A stretch of DNA of 64,000 bases, from the NCBI GenBank assembly GCA_028023455.1, contig JAQFVV010000005.1, positions 21,948,001-22,012,000 on the forward strand, read 5' to 3'. The position numbers and the translations under genes are program-made. Below are positions 52,575 to 64,000 of the stretch, piece after piece; positions within the stretch are counted from its first letter, which is position 1, and each line of letters starts with the position of its first letter. Source of the stretch: Epiperipatus broadwayi. Its lineage: Eukaryota; Animalia; Onychophora. The notes below the pieces were generated by a model. That model had not been told where the DNA came from. It ran no database searches and saw nothing but the letters and a program-made list of their open reading frames with translations.

Positions 52575-55533
52575 TCAACCATTATCAATCCACTGCAGGA
52601 TGAAGGTCTCTCCAAGTTTAATCCATCTTCTCCGATCTTTAGCTTCTCTTCTCCACATCACCCCTACACATTTTCTTATTTCATCCATCCATCTTACATG
52701 TGGTCTTCTGGGTCTTTTACAATCTCTTGGAATCCAGTTTAAAATTTCAATTGTCCATCTATTATCATCTCTTCTAGCAATATGTCCAGCCCAACTCCAC
52801 TTCAATCTTTTAATTTTTTCAATGAGGTCAGTAACACCTGTTTGTTCTCTTACCCATACATTGCGTTTTCGATCTCTTCTTGTTACTCCCAACATACATC
52901 TCTCCATACTTCTTTGAGTGGTCTGAAGTCTCTGTATTGATCTTCTATTAAGTGTCCAAGTCTCAGATCCATAAGTAAGAACTGGTAAAACACATTTGTT
53001 AAAAACCTTTCTTTTCAAACACATAGGCATATTTCCTTTTAATATCAAGTTATTTCTACCAAAAGCACTCCAACCAAGTTTAATTCTATGATTAATTTCC
53101 TCTATTATGTTTCCATCTGTATTAATAATCTGACCAAGGTATTTGTAACTCTTAACTTCTTCTAATTCATCATAATCAATCTTTATTTTCATATTTTGAG
53201 CAAATCGATTAAACATTACTTTAGTCTTTTTAACATTTATCTTTAGTCCTACTTTCATCTGATAACTCCTGCAACATTTCCTGCAGTTCGGAAGCATTAT
53301 TTGCAAAAACAACTACATCATCTGCGAAATCTAAATGACTTAAATAATCTCCATTTACTTTCACTCCTTTAGTTTCCCATTTTAATCCACAAAATACTTC
53401 TTGCAGCACTGCTGTAAAAAGTTTTGGAGATATGGAGTCACCTTGTCTTACACCTTTCTCAATGTTGACTTTCCCAGTATCATTATGTAATCTAATTGTT
53501 GCTGTTGCATTTTTATAAATATTCTTTAAAATATGACAATATCCTGGATCTATACCTTGATGATCCAATGCTTTAATCACTGAAGAAATGTTTATAGAAT
53601 CAAATGCCTTTTCATAATCTACAAATCCAAAACATAATGACAACTCATATTCATTTGTCCTTTCTATAACTTCTCTCAATACTTGAATATGATCTACTGT
53701 ACTAAAACCACTTTTAAATCCAGCTTGTTCTCTTGGTTGGTGAAAATCCAACGTTCTCTGTAGACGAGTTGTAATTATCTTGGTAAAAATTTTATATAAA
53801 ACTGATAAAAGGCTGATAGGTCTGTAATTTCTAATATCTTCTTTATCACCTTTTTTAAATATTAATATTATTACTGCATTCTTCCAATCATCCGGTACAT
53901 CTTTATCATTTAGACATTTGGTATATAACTTTGCTAATATTTTTTCTGTTTCTTCACCTGCTTCTTTTAATATATCAATCATAATTCCATCATTACCTGG
54001 AGCCTTTCCTTTTTTCATACATTTAATTGCATTTCTCACTTCTTCATTTAAAATTCTGGGCAATTCGGAAGATGTAATAGATATAGGAGGTACTTGTTCT
54101 TTATTACTATATAATTCTTGATAAAAATCTTCTACCAATTTCATAATGTCATCTCTCTTTTTAGTAATAATTCCATCTTTTTCCTTATTGCAGATATAAA
54201 TTTCCTACCAATACCAAAATGTTGTTTTACATTCTTAAGACTTTTATTTTCTTCTACAGCTTTTCTTGCTAGTTCACAGTTATACTTTCTTATATCATTT
54301 TCAACTCTTTTCCGCACCATTTTACAAAATTCGAGATATTCAATTCTTTTTAGTGCATCATTCTTGCATATCTTCATATTCCTTCTTTTCTTCATAAGTT
54401 CTCTAGTCTCAGTAGAAATTTTATTAGTCAATTGCTGCTTTTTTCTACCAGCTATCTTTGTTGCAGTTTTTAAAAGTGTATCAGTTATTTTCATATTAAT
54501 TTCATTCAAATCTGAATCATGTTCAAAATCTACTAATACTTGAAACCGATTTGTAAGTTCTAATTTAAATTCATTAGAATGTTTCTGAAGATTAGGAATA
54601 TCAACTGTAAATATAGTTTTTCTTAATAATTTTTGTCTCTCTAGTTTTACATTAACATGTATCTTACCCCTTACTAATCGATGATCACTTCCTGTGTTAA
54701 ATTTATTAAGAACATTACAATCTTGAAATATGTATTTCCTGTTAGTCAAAATATAATCCAATTCTGCTGTACCTTCATTTGGATGCTTCCATGTCCATTT
54801 CCTTCTAACATTTTTCTCAAAAAAAGAATTCATAATATAAAGTTTTTCCTTCTCTGCAAACTCCACAAGTCTATGTCCTCTCTCATTTCTATTACCATAA
54901 CCAAAATTACCTACAACACTTTCATCTTTCATTTGTTTACCAATTCTAGCATTAAAATCTCCCATAACAATTTTAAAATGTTGTTTACTCTGATCAAAAG
55001 CCTTTTGTACATCCATATAAAAATCTTCTACTACTTGTTGGGGCATAAACCTGAATTATCTGCATTTGATATCTGCTATTAAGTTGTATAACTAATCTTG
55101 CCACTCTGTCTGATGCACCATCAATCTCCAGAACATTGTTCTTCCACTTTTTATTTATAATGAATCCTACTCCACTTGTATTTCCAATATTTGTGCCTTT
55201 ATAATAGAGCATATGTCCACTTTTTAAATCAATTGTCTCTTCACCTTTTCTTCTAACTTCACAAAGTCCAATAATATCCCATTTAATATAAGAGAGTTCT
55301 TCTTCTAATTCTTGCAATCTTCCTTCACTTGAAAGTGATCTGCAGTTGTAAGTACCTAAATAAAAAGTTGTCATCAAATGGCAGCCTGGGTCTGCCTCCA
55401 GGATATTCTTAGCACCCTCCGCCTTCGGCCACCAACCGCTGCCTTGGTTGGTGACTTTACAGCCTCCTGGGATTAAGGGCCATGCTTTATTTTTGTCTGT
55501 CATAATTGTATAATTGGGAAAAATCTTTATCAT
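52575..55533 (-). pseudogene. RTE endonuclease/reverse transcriptase ORF, frameshifted
   Basis: Four overlapping ORFs in shifting frames reconstruct one polyprotein. Confidence 0.9.
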
Positions 55534-55658
55534 TTACACAAACATTCATTCTGCCTTATCAGGCACTGAGAAGAAAGACCATGGTGTTTCTTGATCTTAA
55601 ACTCAGAGGTAAAAAGCCAATAAACTCACCACGCTGGCTAATGCGTGTTGGTGAGCAG

Positions 55659-55825
55659 CCCATCCATGTTCGTATACTATATGAATAAACATATAGTAAT
55701 AACAGCTGCAACGACAAGAACGTATGGAGTGGACATTAGGAATTTGCCCTGCTCGGTTCCTTTAAGGTCTCCAAGAGGAATCAAAGGGTCTCCTTTCAGT
55801 TAATAGCAAACTCCTTTCTGCAGCC
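55659..55825 (-). ncRNA. HDV-like (double-pseudoknot) ribozyme at the RTE 5' end
   Basis: P1 GGCTGCA (55825-19) / TGCAGCT (55710-04) with G1.U wobble; P3 ACG/CGT; L3 TTCTTGT; P4 TACTATATG/CATATAGTA; J4/2 CGAA (catalytic C at 55672); P2 CCACTCCAT/ATGGATGG. Confidence 0.8.
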
Positions 55826-56435
55826 AATGATGATAATAATATATTGTATATATTTACATAAAAAAATTTTAAAAGAATGATATTTTATTGACTAATGAAT
55901 GATAATGCAATACTGCCCCGAGGAATTAGCTCAGAAGTTAGAGCAACATCTTATGAACTGAAGATTGCAGAATTGTTTTTGGCTGTGGAAAGTTAAGATT
56001 TTTTTAAATGTTCATCAGTTGCATAAAACTTAAAAAAAGAGATGCTAACTTTTTTTCAATGAACTAGAAGTGCGTCCTGATTAAATTTTGAAACATCCCC
56101 CCCCCCCAAAAAAAAAAAAACTATGGGGAGGTGAAAAGTATAATCATATAATTTTATTTAATTTTTGTAAATCTGAGGATTATAGATGTAAATCTGGTAA
56201 AATATAATATTCAGCTCTCATATCAAGATGCTTCAGATTAGTCTACATAAGTAAGAATTTAGGTTAAAGATACTGTTCTTATCTTTATAAAGTCCCTATC
56301 TTGTGTTCAGGTGGAGATGTCCCTCTATAGTCAAAAACTACATCGTTTGACTATTATACAAATGTTTAAAGCCATGTGGGAAACGGTTAAAACCTTTCTC
56401 TTTCTAATTAATCATTCTATTTAACTAATAAAATG

Positions 56436-56547
56436 TTTTTTTCTCTCTCATATGTCATAGTATTGGCCAGAATGTGAACACACAACTGTCTGCAACCAAC
56501 TACTTGCTTGAAGGCAGCTGCGATGACCTCTTGGCTAACAACGCTTG
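56436..56547 (-). mobile_element. tRNA-Gly-derived SINE, derived subfamily
   Basis: Reverse complement GCGTTGTTAGCCAAGAGG...GGCCAATACTATGACATATG; B-box decayed. Confidence 0.8.
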
Positions 56548-59329
56548 TTTATAGCTTGATTTACGGTGAATGACTGATTTATACATGAGTCAAAAATTTT
56601 TCTTATAAATTTAAAATAACTTAAATTTACTAATTCCCCAGTAACTCTATTAAACTTATAGTATTGTTTATTAAATACAATTAGACAAAATTTAAAAATC
56701 TAAACATTACAATAGCAAGCTAGATGATAAAATATGCTTAATACAAGATTATCGCTCAGTAGTTTAAAAAAATAAAGTAAAATATATGCATTTTACAACT
56801 ATGCATGAAAAACTATATTTTGATAATCTCTAATTGTAAAGGTGTTCTATTAATGTTCATATTTACTCCACATGTAGTCATAGTTCTATTCCTTTACTGT
56901 CTATCTATTGCAGTTCAACTTACCTTCAATTAATAAATTGTCCAGATTCCATCTTATCTTGATTATATTGAGCATTCATCACTATAGACCAATGGATTAT
57001 GAATAGATGTCATATTTAATGGCAGAAACAGGCCAATAGGAAATAACGATCAGTGAATCTGATTGCTCTTGTTATGAAAGGAAATCTAGGCAGTCCACTT
57101 GAAGGTAAGGTCAAACAACAACAAATAATTCTCAGAGCTGAATGGCAGTATGCAAAACTATTGTATGGCTAAAATAATGAGTCAAGTTTGTATTGAACTG
57201 GAAGCTACAGAGCAACTTGTCGTAATATAGCTGGATGTCATTGTAATTACACATGAGACAGGCTATCATAATACATCTGGAATTGTTAGATAAATTAGAA
57301 GAGCACCTGAGCCCTACTTTCAATCACTGCATAACACCTAGGTGCTGCACGTAGCTACAGTTGTATATATTGTATATAAGCTGAATAAATATTTAATCAT
57401 ATTTTTATGAGTTTGTGTTTATTACAATTATATATAAATATAATAGAATCGATTTAATATTTTAATTAATTTATTTATGTTTTTATTAGTTTTAAATACA
57501 GGAACTCAAAGTTCATGGATTACAGGTCCACTCTATTAGTTACTCCAGTAATCAAACTTTGAGCAATAAAAACCATTTGATTATTTTTTTCTAGTAATCA
57601 AATAGTTGTGAGGTCACTAACTTCTAGAGTCCATTGCTATATTAAACAATATGGGGTAGGTTGTCACTTAAATAACTAAATTTCTAATCTTTCTAATTAC
57701 CAATCTGTGTCGCTTTTACGGACTTCAAATCATAAACGATTCCAGACATTATTCTGTAGTTAAAAACCACTATCTAGTGATTATTTTTTGTGAGTGCTTA
57801 ATGATCTGATTTAATGATGCACTGTCTAATGAGAAGTAATCTTTTTAGATTTTATAGCAAATAAATAAAAAAGATAAAGTAATAAATAACTAGCATAAAA
57901 ATAGATTCCCCTATATTCTTTCATTTTAAATTGAATAAAAGTGCACCTTTCAAAAGATTGTACTTTTTCTTACAATCAATATCATATCTTTACAAGTTTA
58001 TTAATTATATAGTCATCACAAACTCATCTTTTATTTTTTATCTTTTTCTTGAGTTAGGATAGGCATGACCAATTAGGAATGGCTGATGATGCTATCCAGA
58101 CATACTTGACCAGCAATGAAATGACTTTCCGATATGTGGTTAATTGTTAATAACTAATAATCAGTACCTGACCAAGATTATTTCCTGCTCCTTTATAAAA
58201 TGAAATGTATCATTAAAGACATAAACTGGATTCGGATTTTTTTCCAATTAGATGGCCCATAATCATCTATCTAATCATCAAGCAGTGATCCATGAATGGG
58301 TATCTAAATATTCTTATCTATAGAGTAAAGAGTTCATTCATGAATTCTGATGCACTGACTATAAAATAAAAAATATGAGATAATGTGAAGTGATCCCTGT
58401 TATTTATAGAAGAGATAACTTCTAAGTGCATTGGACATATGGTTGCTTTTATTCTTTTACTATTCTATATCTTGTTTTTCTCCATTTTCTTTTTACTTTG
58501 TTAACATCATTCTCTTAGTCACATAAACATTTCTCTGCATCGATTATGAGTCTTTTCTATCTCCTCTGTTTGCTTTTTCTCTCATCGCTATTTTCTTTTC
58601 ACTAACTTCATTCTCTTAAGATCCATCAGTCGACTCTACATTAATTATAACTACATCTTTTATCTCTCTTTTTTTTAATCTCTATACAATTTCTTTTTAC
58701 TTTACTATTTGCATAGTTTGATCTATGTGGTTTGGTATAGTAATAGAGGAGTGGACATATTCTGGAACCCATTGTTCAAGTCATTTCTATTATTTTTGGT
58801 GCTTGAATTTTTTATGAACTTCTAACCAATAAACTATTCAATTATTATTTATGTCATTCTCTTAGGTCTCACCTGGAAATTCTCTGCACAAATTATGGTT
58901 GTCTTTTCTGTCTCCTCTATATGCTTTTTCTCTCCATCTATTTTTTTTATTACTCTATTAGCTTCATTCTCTTATGCTTCTCCTCTCCTGCATTGAATAT
59001 GACAATCTTTTTTTTATCTCTTCTGTGTTTTCCTTCTCTCAAGCTTTTACCATTACTTTACTAACTTCTCTTAAACCCCCACTATGCTCTGATTGTGACA
59101 GTGGAATTCTATACTTGCACAATCATATTTCATTCTTTAATTAAATCTACAATTAATTCTTTTTTGTTTGTGTATGGAAAGAGAGTCTTCAAAAAAATTG
59201 AGTTAAAGCATGCATAGATGTATATGCTAATTGATGACCAGTCTGTGAGATTATTATCTGCAAACTTTTCCCTTTTGGGATGTCACATAGCAATATTCCA
59301 GTAAATAGTCAATCAGCTTAATGCCAGAA

Positions 59330-60500
59330 TATCTGGTGCTCTACAATATTTTGATGATTTTCTGATGGCAACAAAAATTTATTCTTACAAAAAATTATTA
59401 GATATGTTCAAAACCTCAATGTATATATTAAGAACTTAAATTTTCTTGGATATAAAATAGATGCAAAAAGCATCCATTCCAACAAAACAAAAAAATTAAA
59501 GTAACAAAGGAGGAAGACTTTTAAGAGTATTCCATTAGTTTTAGGCCTCATTAATTATTGAGAGCTTTCTCCATCTAAACAGAGGCAATCACTATACAGA
59601 CTATTTGATAAAAAAAAAAAAAGTAATCTGGAAGTGCACACCATTTCCCATTGCATTTGACACAAAATGCATATCTAAAAGAAAAAAAATATGCACAGAT
59701 AAACAGAAAAGCCATAGTTTTGATCATTGGCATAAAAAATGTTTCATGATTATCTACATGATAAATCTTTTATATTGCAAATTAATTACAGATCACTTTT
59801 AGGCACATTTGCAACAGACAAATGTATTCCCTATTACATCTCCCTTTATAAGCTGAGGGGTCTCAATTTCTTACCAGAATATGACTTTCAGTTTGAAAAT
59901 ATTGAGGAGGGAGAGAAGAATTCTAATATTGAAGCATTAAATTGATTAACAACAAAAACCTCAGAGCAGTTAGAATCAAATAATCAATTTGTGCTCAAAG
60001 CACCACTGATGACCTCTGATTCCAGAAATTAATTAAATGGATCCATCTAGGTTGGTTAAACAAAAAAACTAAAAGAACTGGATCTTATTTACTGAATGCA
60101 TAGCTTGGAACTCCCGATAGAAAGCAGTTCAGTGACCTGATCCTGAGGATCTTTGAACAGGAATTCATATCAATCATGTTGATCCATGAATGAGCAACCT
60201 GTTAGCAATACTTGTTGCTGTAATTGCCTGGCTGCCACAGCATCCATTAATTATTTGCAACTCATGATCTACATAAAGTACAGTGTCAAATAAACTTCCA
60301 CAAGTTTATTCAAACAATTTTGTGTCAAATATAATTTAGAACAAATTTTCATCCTAAGAATAATGGTCAAATTGAGATTGGTTCAAGCATCAAAAAGAAC
60401 TCATAAAAATCTACAGTGAATACCTGAAACACCTATATAGATAGAATGAACGTGGCACAATATACTATACCTAGCACAATTATATTCATAATTCCAAATG
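59330..60500 (+). mobile_element. Decayed Ty3/Gypsy pol remnant
   Basis: Fragments LQYFDDFLMA (RT), LNFLGYKIDAKSIH, and HPKNNGQIE (integrase HPQSNG-like). Confidence 0.6.
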
Positions 60501-60996
60501 AACTGCTATTTAACAGAACTTAGGACAATCCTTAATATTAATCAGTATGGTTATAAAACAAAGATGAAATTGCTGAAATATGAATAAGTACCCAAGTATT
60601 ATGCTGTGTTCAATGGGACCTCAAATGTATTTTAATAACAATTATAAAAAAAAACAAAAGGCCTGAATACAGATGAGATGTAGAAACTAAACCTGATAAT
60701 GATGAAACCAAATCAAAAAATAAAGCCATCTTAAGAACAATGTATTCCAAAACTAACATTTTCCAGGGAGAGCAATGTATTCCAAAACTAACATTTTCCA
60801 GGGAGAGAGAATTTTGTGAACTCATCTTAAGTTCATCCACAAATAATGGACTTATCAGCTGATCAATGAATACAAATAAATATCCAATGGCATAAACAGG
60901 CCAATTTTAAAGCTAGTTTAGTGAATCTGATTGTTCCAATAAAAAAGGGGATTTAGTTATATATTGAAAAATAGTTTGAGAGGATGGTCAAACAAT

Positions 60997-61273
60997 CAAA
61001 ACTCTCCATACAGTAGTGCCACTCAGTGCAAGAAGGTTTAGTACATAAAACCCCTATCTAGTGCCTATTCATCCATTTATCCCCAGACTTGTTTCTAGCT
61101 TGTGGCTTTTATCAGTGAGTAGCCTTGGATCTGAGAGCAACCCTCCATCTTTTATCTCTACTTAACTACAAAATTAAACCTTCCTGCACTGAGTGGTACT
61201 ACTATATAAAGAGTTTTGCCTGTTTTAATAGCTTGAGCAAATATAAAAAATGGTGATCATGTGATGTTTAATA
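60997..61273. mobile_element. R1 fold-back insertion
   Basis: 10-bp TSD GTCAAACAAT at 60987-96 and 61274-83. Minus-strand motif 61071-61130 with AGC/GCT stem II and core CTGATAA. Confidence 0.85.
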
Positions 61274-62443
61274 GTCAAACAATGTCAGATGTCAGTAAAT
61301 TCTTTTAATATTTAGAATGCAGTGAGCTATGTTCAAGCCTGGAGCAAAAAGCTGCTAGCTTTTGACATGATTGCATCTGCACAAAGAAAATCACCCATGA
61401 TCTGGAAATGTCATAGTTTAAAAGGAGAGTTTTGGCATTCCTTCTTAAGTACTAGATGAACTATTAACAATTAAACATTCATAATTTATCAACTTTAACA
61501 GATATGAACTTCTATATTAAACTGTTGTACAAATGTTATTATTGCAAAATTGTATGTTATTATTGAATGACAAGGACATTATTCCTAGAGATAATACAGA
61601 TAAAAATATAACAAGGACAAGTAATAAGTTAAAAAGTGTGAATACAAGCATGTTTGTATGTTAAAGGATTTTATTGTAACAATGCAACTTACAAAGGAAT
61701 GTGAATTTCCTATTAAATGTTTAGAAATGCCTAAAATGTAAATTTATGCCTCACACTAACCATTCTCTTAACAAATTTATTTTAGAATTTTGGATTTCAG
61801 AAAATTAAATGTATATTTTACGATTTGTTGTACTTAATTTAATTTTGAGCAATAATTACGTTTTTAAAATACACTATCTGTCCTACTATCTCATCTTTTC
61901 GATATTCTAATTAAACATTCAATTATAATAATAATATTAATAAATAATTTTTATACCTTGACGATATATAATTTACAAGGTTTTCTAATTTGCTTTATCA
62001 CAAGTTAAATAATGTTTATCTTTCGTTTCTCAATCTTCTAATGCATTATCTTTCTCTTCAAACAATTCCATCTAACTTTAATTTTTTTCAATTATTTTTT
62101 TAACTAAATATTTAATTTAAAAATAAAAAAAAACATTAAAGGATTTTATTTTAAATAATAACCCAATTAAAAAGAAATGTTATCAGTTTGAAAATAATCC
62201 CAAAATCTAATGTCATGCTATGCTTTTATTAAAACGTTAAAAAAACAGCAACTGATATTTATAAATAAATCATACTATGAGTTAAGTTTATGTTTATTAA
62301 ATTAGTGTTTTAAATCAACTGGCAATAATTTATTCGCCATAAAATTACATTATGTGCAGTAAACTGATAATGATTCGACAGAATTTGTCGCGCCAGGAAA
62401 AGGATTGCATCAGTAGCAGTCATTTCGAAGACTTTTTCCTGGA

Positions 62444-62453
62444 AAAATGGCTG
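62444..62453 (+). promoter_or_regulatory. YY1-like AAAATGGC motif upstream of ALKBH4
   Basis: AAAATGGCTG in a CpG-retaining segment ~110 bp before the ATG. Confidence 0.35.
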
Positions 62454-62558
62454 CCTACACGAGGTTTTCCAATTTTAATTTGTCATATTTTTAAATATAT
62501 TTTTTTTTACAATGTTTTGTTGTTATATATTTGTGTTATAATCGTATTTATATTTTAA

Positions 62559-62672
62559 ATGGATAATACTCGTATAAAAAATTGTGCATGTAAGGGCATA
62601 CGTGTTTGCTTATTATGTGAGGATTTGAAAACTGGTGATTTAAATAGAATTGATCCTCTAAAAACTGCAACG
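62559..62672 (+). CDS. ALKBH4: Probable AlkB homolog 4, first coding exon (remaining exons not identified in the window)
   Basis: MDNTRIKNCACKGIRVCLLCEDLKTGDLNRIDPLKTAT matches the ALKBH4 N-terminal CxCKGIRxCxxCE motif. Donor ACG|GTAAGT. Confidence 0.75.
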
Positions 62673-63459
62673 GTAAGTTACGTTGTCAGAATATTTTTTT
62701 TAAAAAGTTTCAAAATTATTTATTTGAATATAGTATAATTATTAAGATTAATCAGTATTGAACAAAAGAGAAGATATGATATTATCATTCAGTGTTTACA
62801 AATAATTTATTTTAATTATTTGAAAATTATTTTAGAAAGAACTGAATAAGTATACATAATTTAATATACCCCCCCCCCTTTCCACCCCAATTTTTTTATT
62901 ATCTGTCGGCCATTCTTTGTTCCTTAATATAGCATGTCATTTTTAAAATTGTAAATGAAGTATTTTCAAGTGCGCTTAGACATTCAGATTGAAAATAGTT
63001 TTATGTACCGCTTGATCAAATTTGAAATGTTGATTTATCGTAGGTTTATTGTTTTCTAATCTATATAACAATACGTATATAGAGATAATTATTAGAAAAA
63101 TATTGTCTGCAATAATCTTCAGTTCGTTGATATACCTTGTATATTCCAGTACAAGTTGTCAAGGGCAAGTTTAGTTAGTAAATGATAGATATCTGGATTA
63201 TTTTTTCTTTAAAATAAGAGATTTACGCATAATTTATAAAATTCAGTTTATTAATCTCTTGTATTAGTTAGTGTTCATCTCATTGCTGCTTTGCTTTAAA
63301 AGGTTTTTCTTTTAACATTTCAAATCTAGTTTTTCTTATATACAATGATCAAATATTCGGTATAAAAATTATTTGCCCACAATGTTGTTATAGATATATA
63401 CTTAATATAATAATTTTGATAATTTAAATAAGATTGAAACAAGCACTAATTATACCTAC

Positions 63460-63564
63460 AATTATCAACCCGGTTTTCATCTCTTATTGAAATCTTTTCA
63501 TGATATAAAGTTTTATAAAACTTTTTATGTTGAAAAGGTCTCAATAAAAACCTGGTTGATAATT
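63460..63564. mobile_element. Small MITE-like inverted repeat
   Basis: AATTATCAACC(C)GGTTTT ... AAAACC(T)GGTTGATAATT. Confidence 0.5.
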
Positions 63565-63778
63565 AAATAATTGTAAATATAATTGGTTATTTTGATCTTA
63601 TTTAGATTGATTATTACGTAAAAATTTTCTTAGCTCTAACACCAAAAATATAAAGTCACATTATTTTATATATAAATGGCAAATATAAGTAGAAAAAAAA
63701 ATCCTCAATCATATACTAAGAAAATCTTCCCCCTACTATTGAACCATTAGTAAACAATTGACACCAGATAATTGTTAT

Positions 63779-63843
63779 AAAATCTCAATCTTCAGACTGA
63801 CCAGTTACCAGCTTTTGTCTTCATCAGTGAAGATTAGGATTTT
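63779..63843 (-). ncRNA. Older hammerhead (R4) with one core substitution
   Basis: AAAATC-CT-AATCTTCA-CTGATGA-AGACAAAAGCTG-GTAA-CTG-GT-CAG-TC^TGAAGATT-GA-GATTTT; stem I is 8+6 bp and intact; GAAA changed to GTAA. Confidence 0.6.
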
Positions 63844-64000
63844 AAACTGGAACGAATGCATCTAGAAACCACATTTTAAACTAATAACTTGAAAACTTAA
63901 AAACTCCAAGATTTCAAACCAGTCTAATTTATTTAAATAGCTATATAGATCTGACACACATCAGTTTCTTTATATTTTGAGACCTCACTTTTATAACAAC

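Larger units (their letters stand above)
52561..55825 (-). mobile_element. Full-length RTE-clade LINE (APE + RT), about three frameshifts
   Basis: ORF pieces 54994-55533, 54141-55046, 53230-54144, 52575-53312 carry [57 protein letters not shown]. (GAT)n tail. 12-bp TSD AATGATGATAAT at 52549-60 and 55826-37. Confidence 0.95.

Noticed and set aside
52540-55082. Plus-strand ORFs 52540-52917, 53918-54121, 54118-54543, 54681-55082
   Set aside because: Antisense shadows of the RTE ORF.
58075-58132. CTGATGA...GAAA hammerhead candidate
   Set aside because: Extra nucleotides before GAAA and no credible stem I or III.
5620-61273. Classifying R1 as a MITE or foldback DNA transposon
   Set aside because: No fixed termini, arms are circularly permuted and exceed one monomer, TSDs are long and variable (10-15 bp), and a hammerhead is embedded. 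This fits retrotransposition.
62447-62463. Upstream ATG (MAAYTR) as the ALKBH4 start
   Set aside because: No acceptor AG joins it to the 62559 exon; it coincides with a YY1-like motif, so it is treated as promoter or UTR.

Overview
AT-rich animal genomic DNA (probably an arthropod; species cannot be told from the sequence), mostly introns and intergenic repeats. Two host genes on the + strand: a complete five-exon NIF3L1 (20773-48907, 369 aa, splice phases consistent) and the first coding exon of a probable ALKBH4 (62559-62672). Mobile DNA: a decayed hAT transposon, a non-autonomous hAT, a full-length frameshifted RTE LINE plus RTE fragments, a Gypsy pol remnant, tRNA-Gly-derived SINEs and a Penelope-like (GIY-YIG) remnant folded into a 1.75-kb hairpin. 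Main discovery: the window is full of self-cleaving-ribozyme elements that the ORF track cannot show. (1) Family R1 is a non-coding ~455-nt circularly permuted monomer carrying a type I hammerhead ribozyme. It has 14 insertions (~5.5 kb); 13 are 3'-ends-outward fold-backs and 9 have 10-15-bp TSDs, the same geometry as the Penelope remnant. (2) Family R3 is a second hammerhead family with 364/402/460-nt tandem monomers and two fully canonical cores. (3) An older hammerhead (R4) lies at 63779-63843. (4) An HDV-like ribozyme has its cleavage site exactly at the TSD-defined 5' end of the RTE element. Folds were derived by eye; catalytic activity and circular RNA production are inferences.
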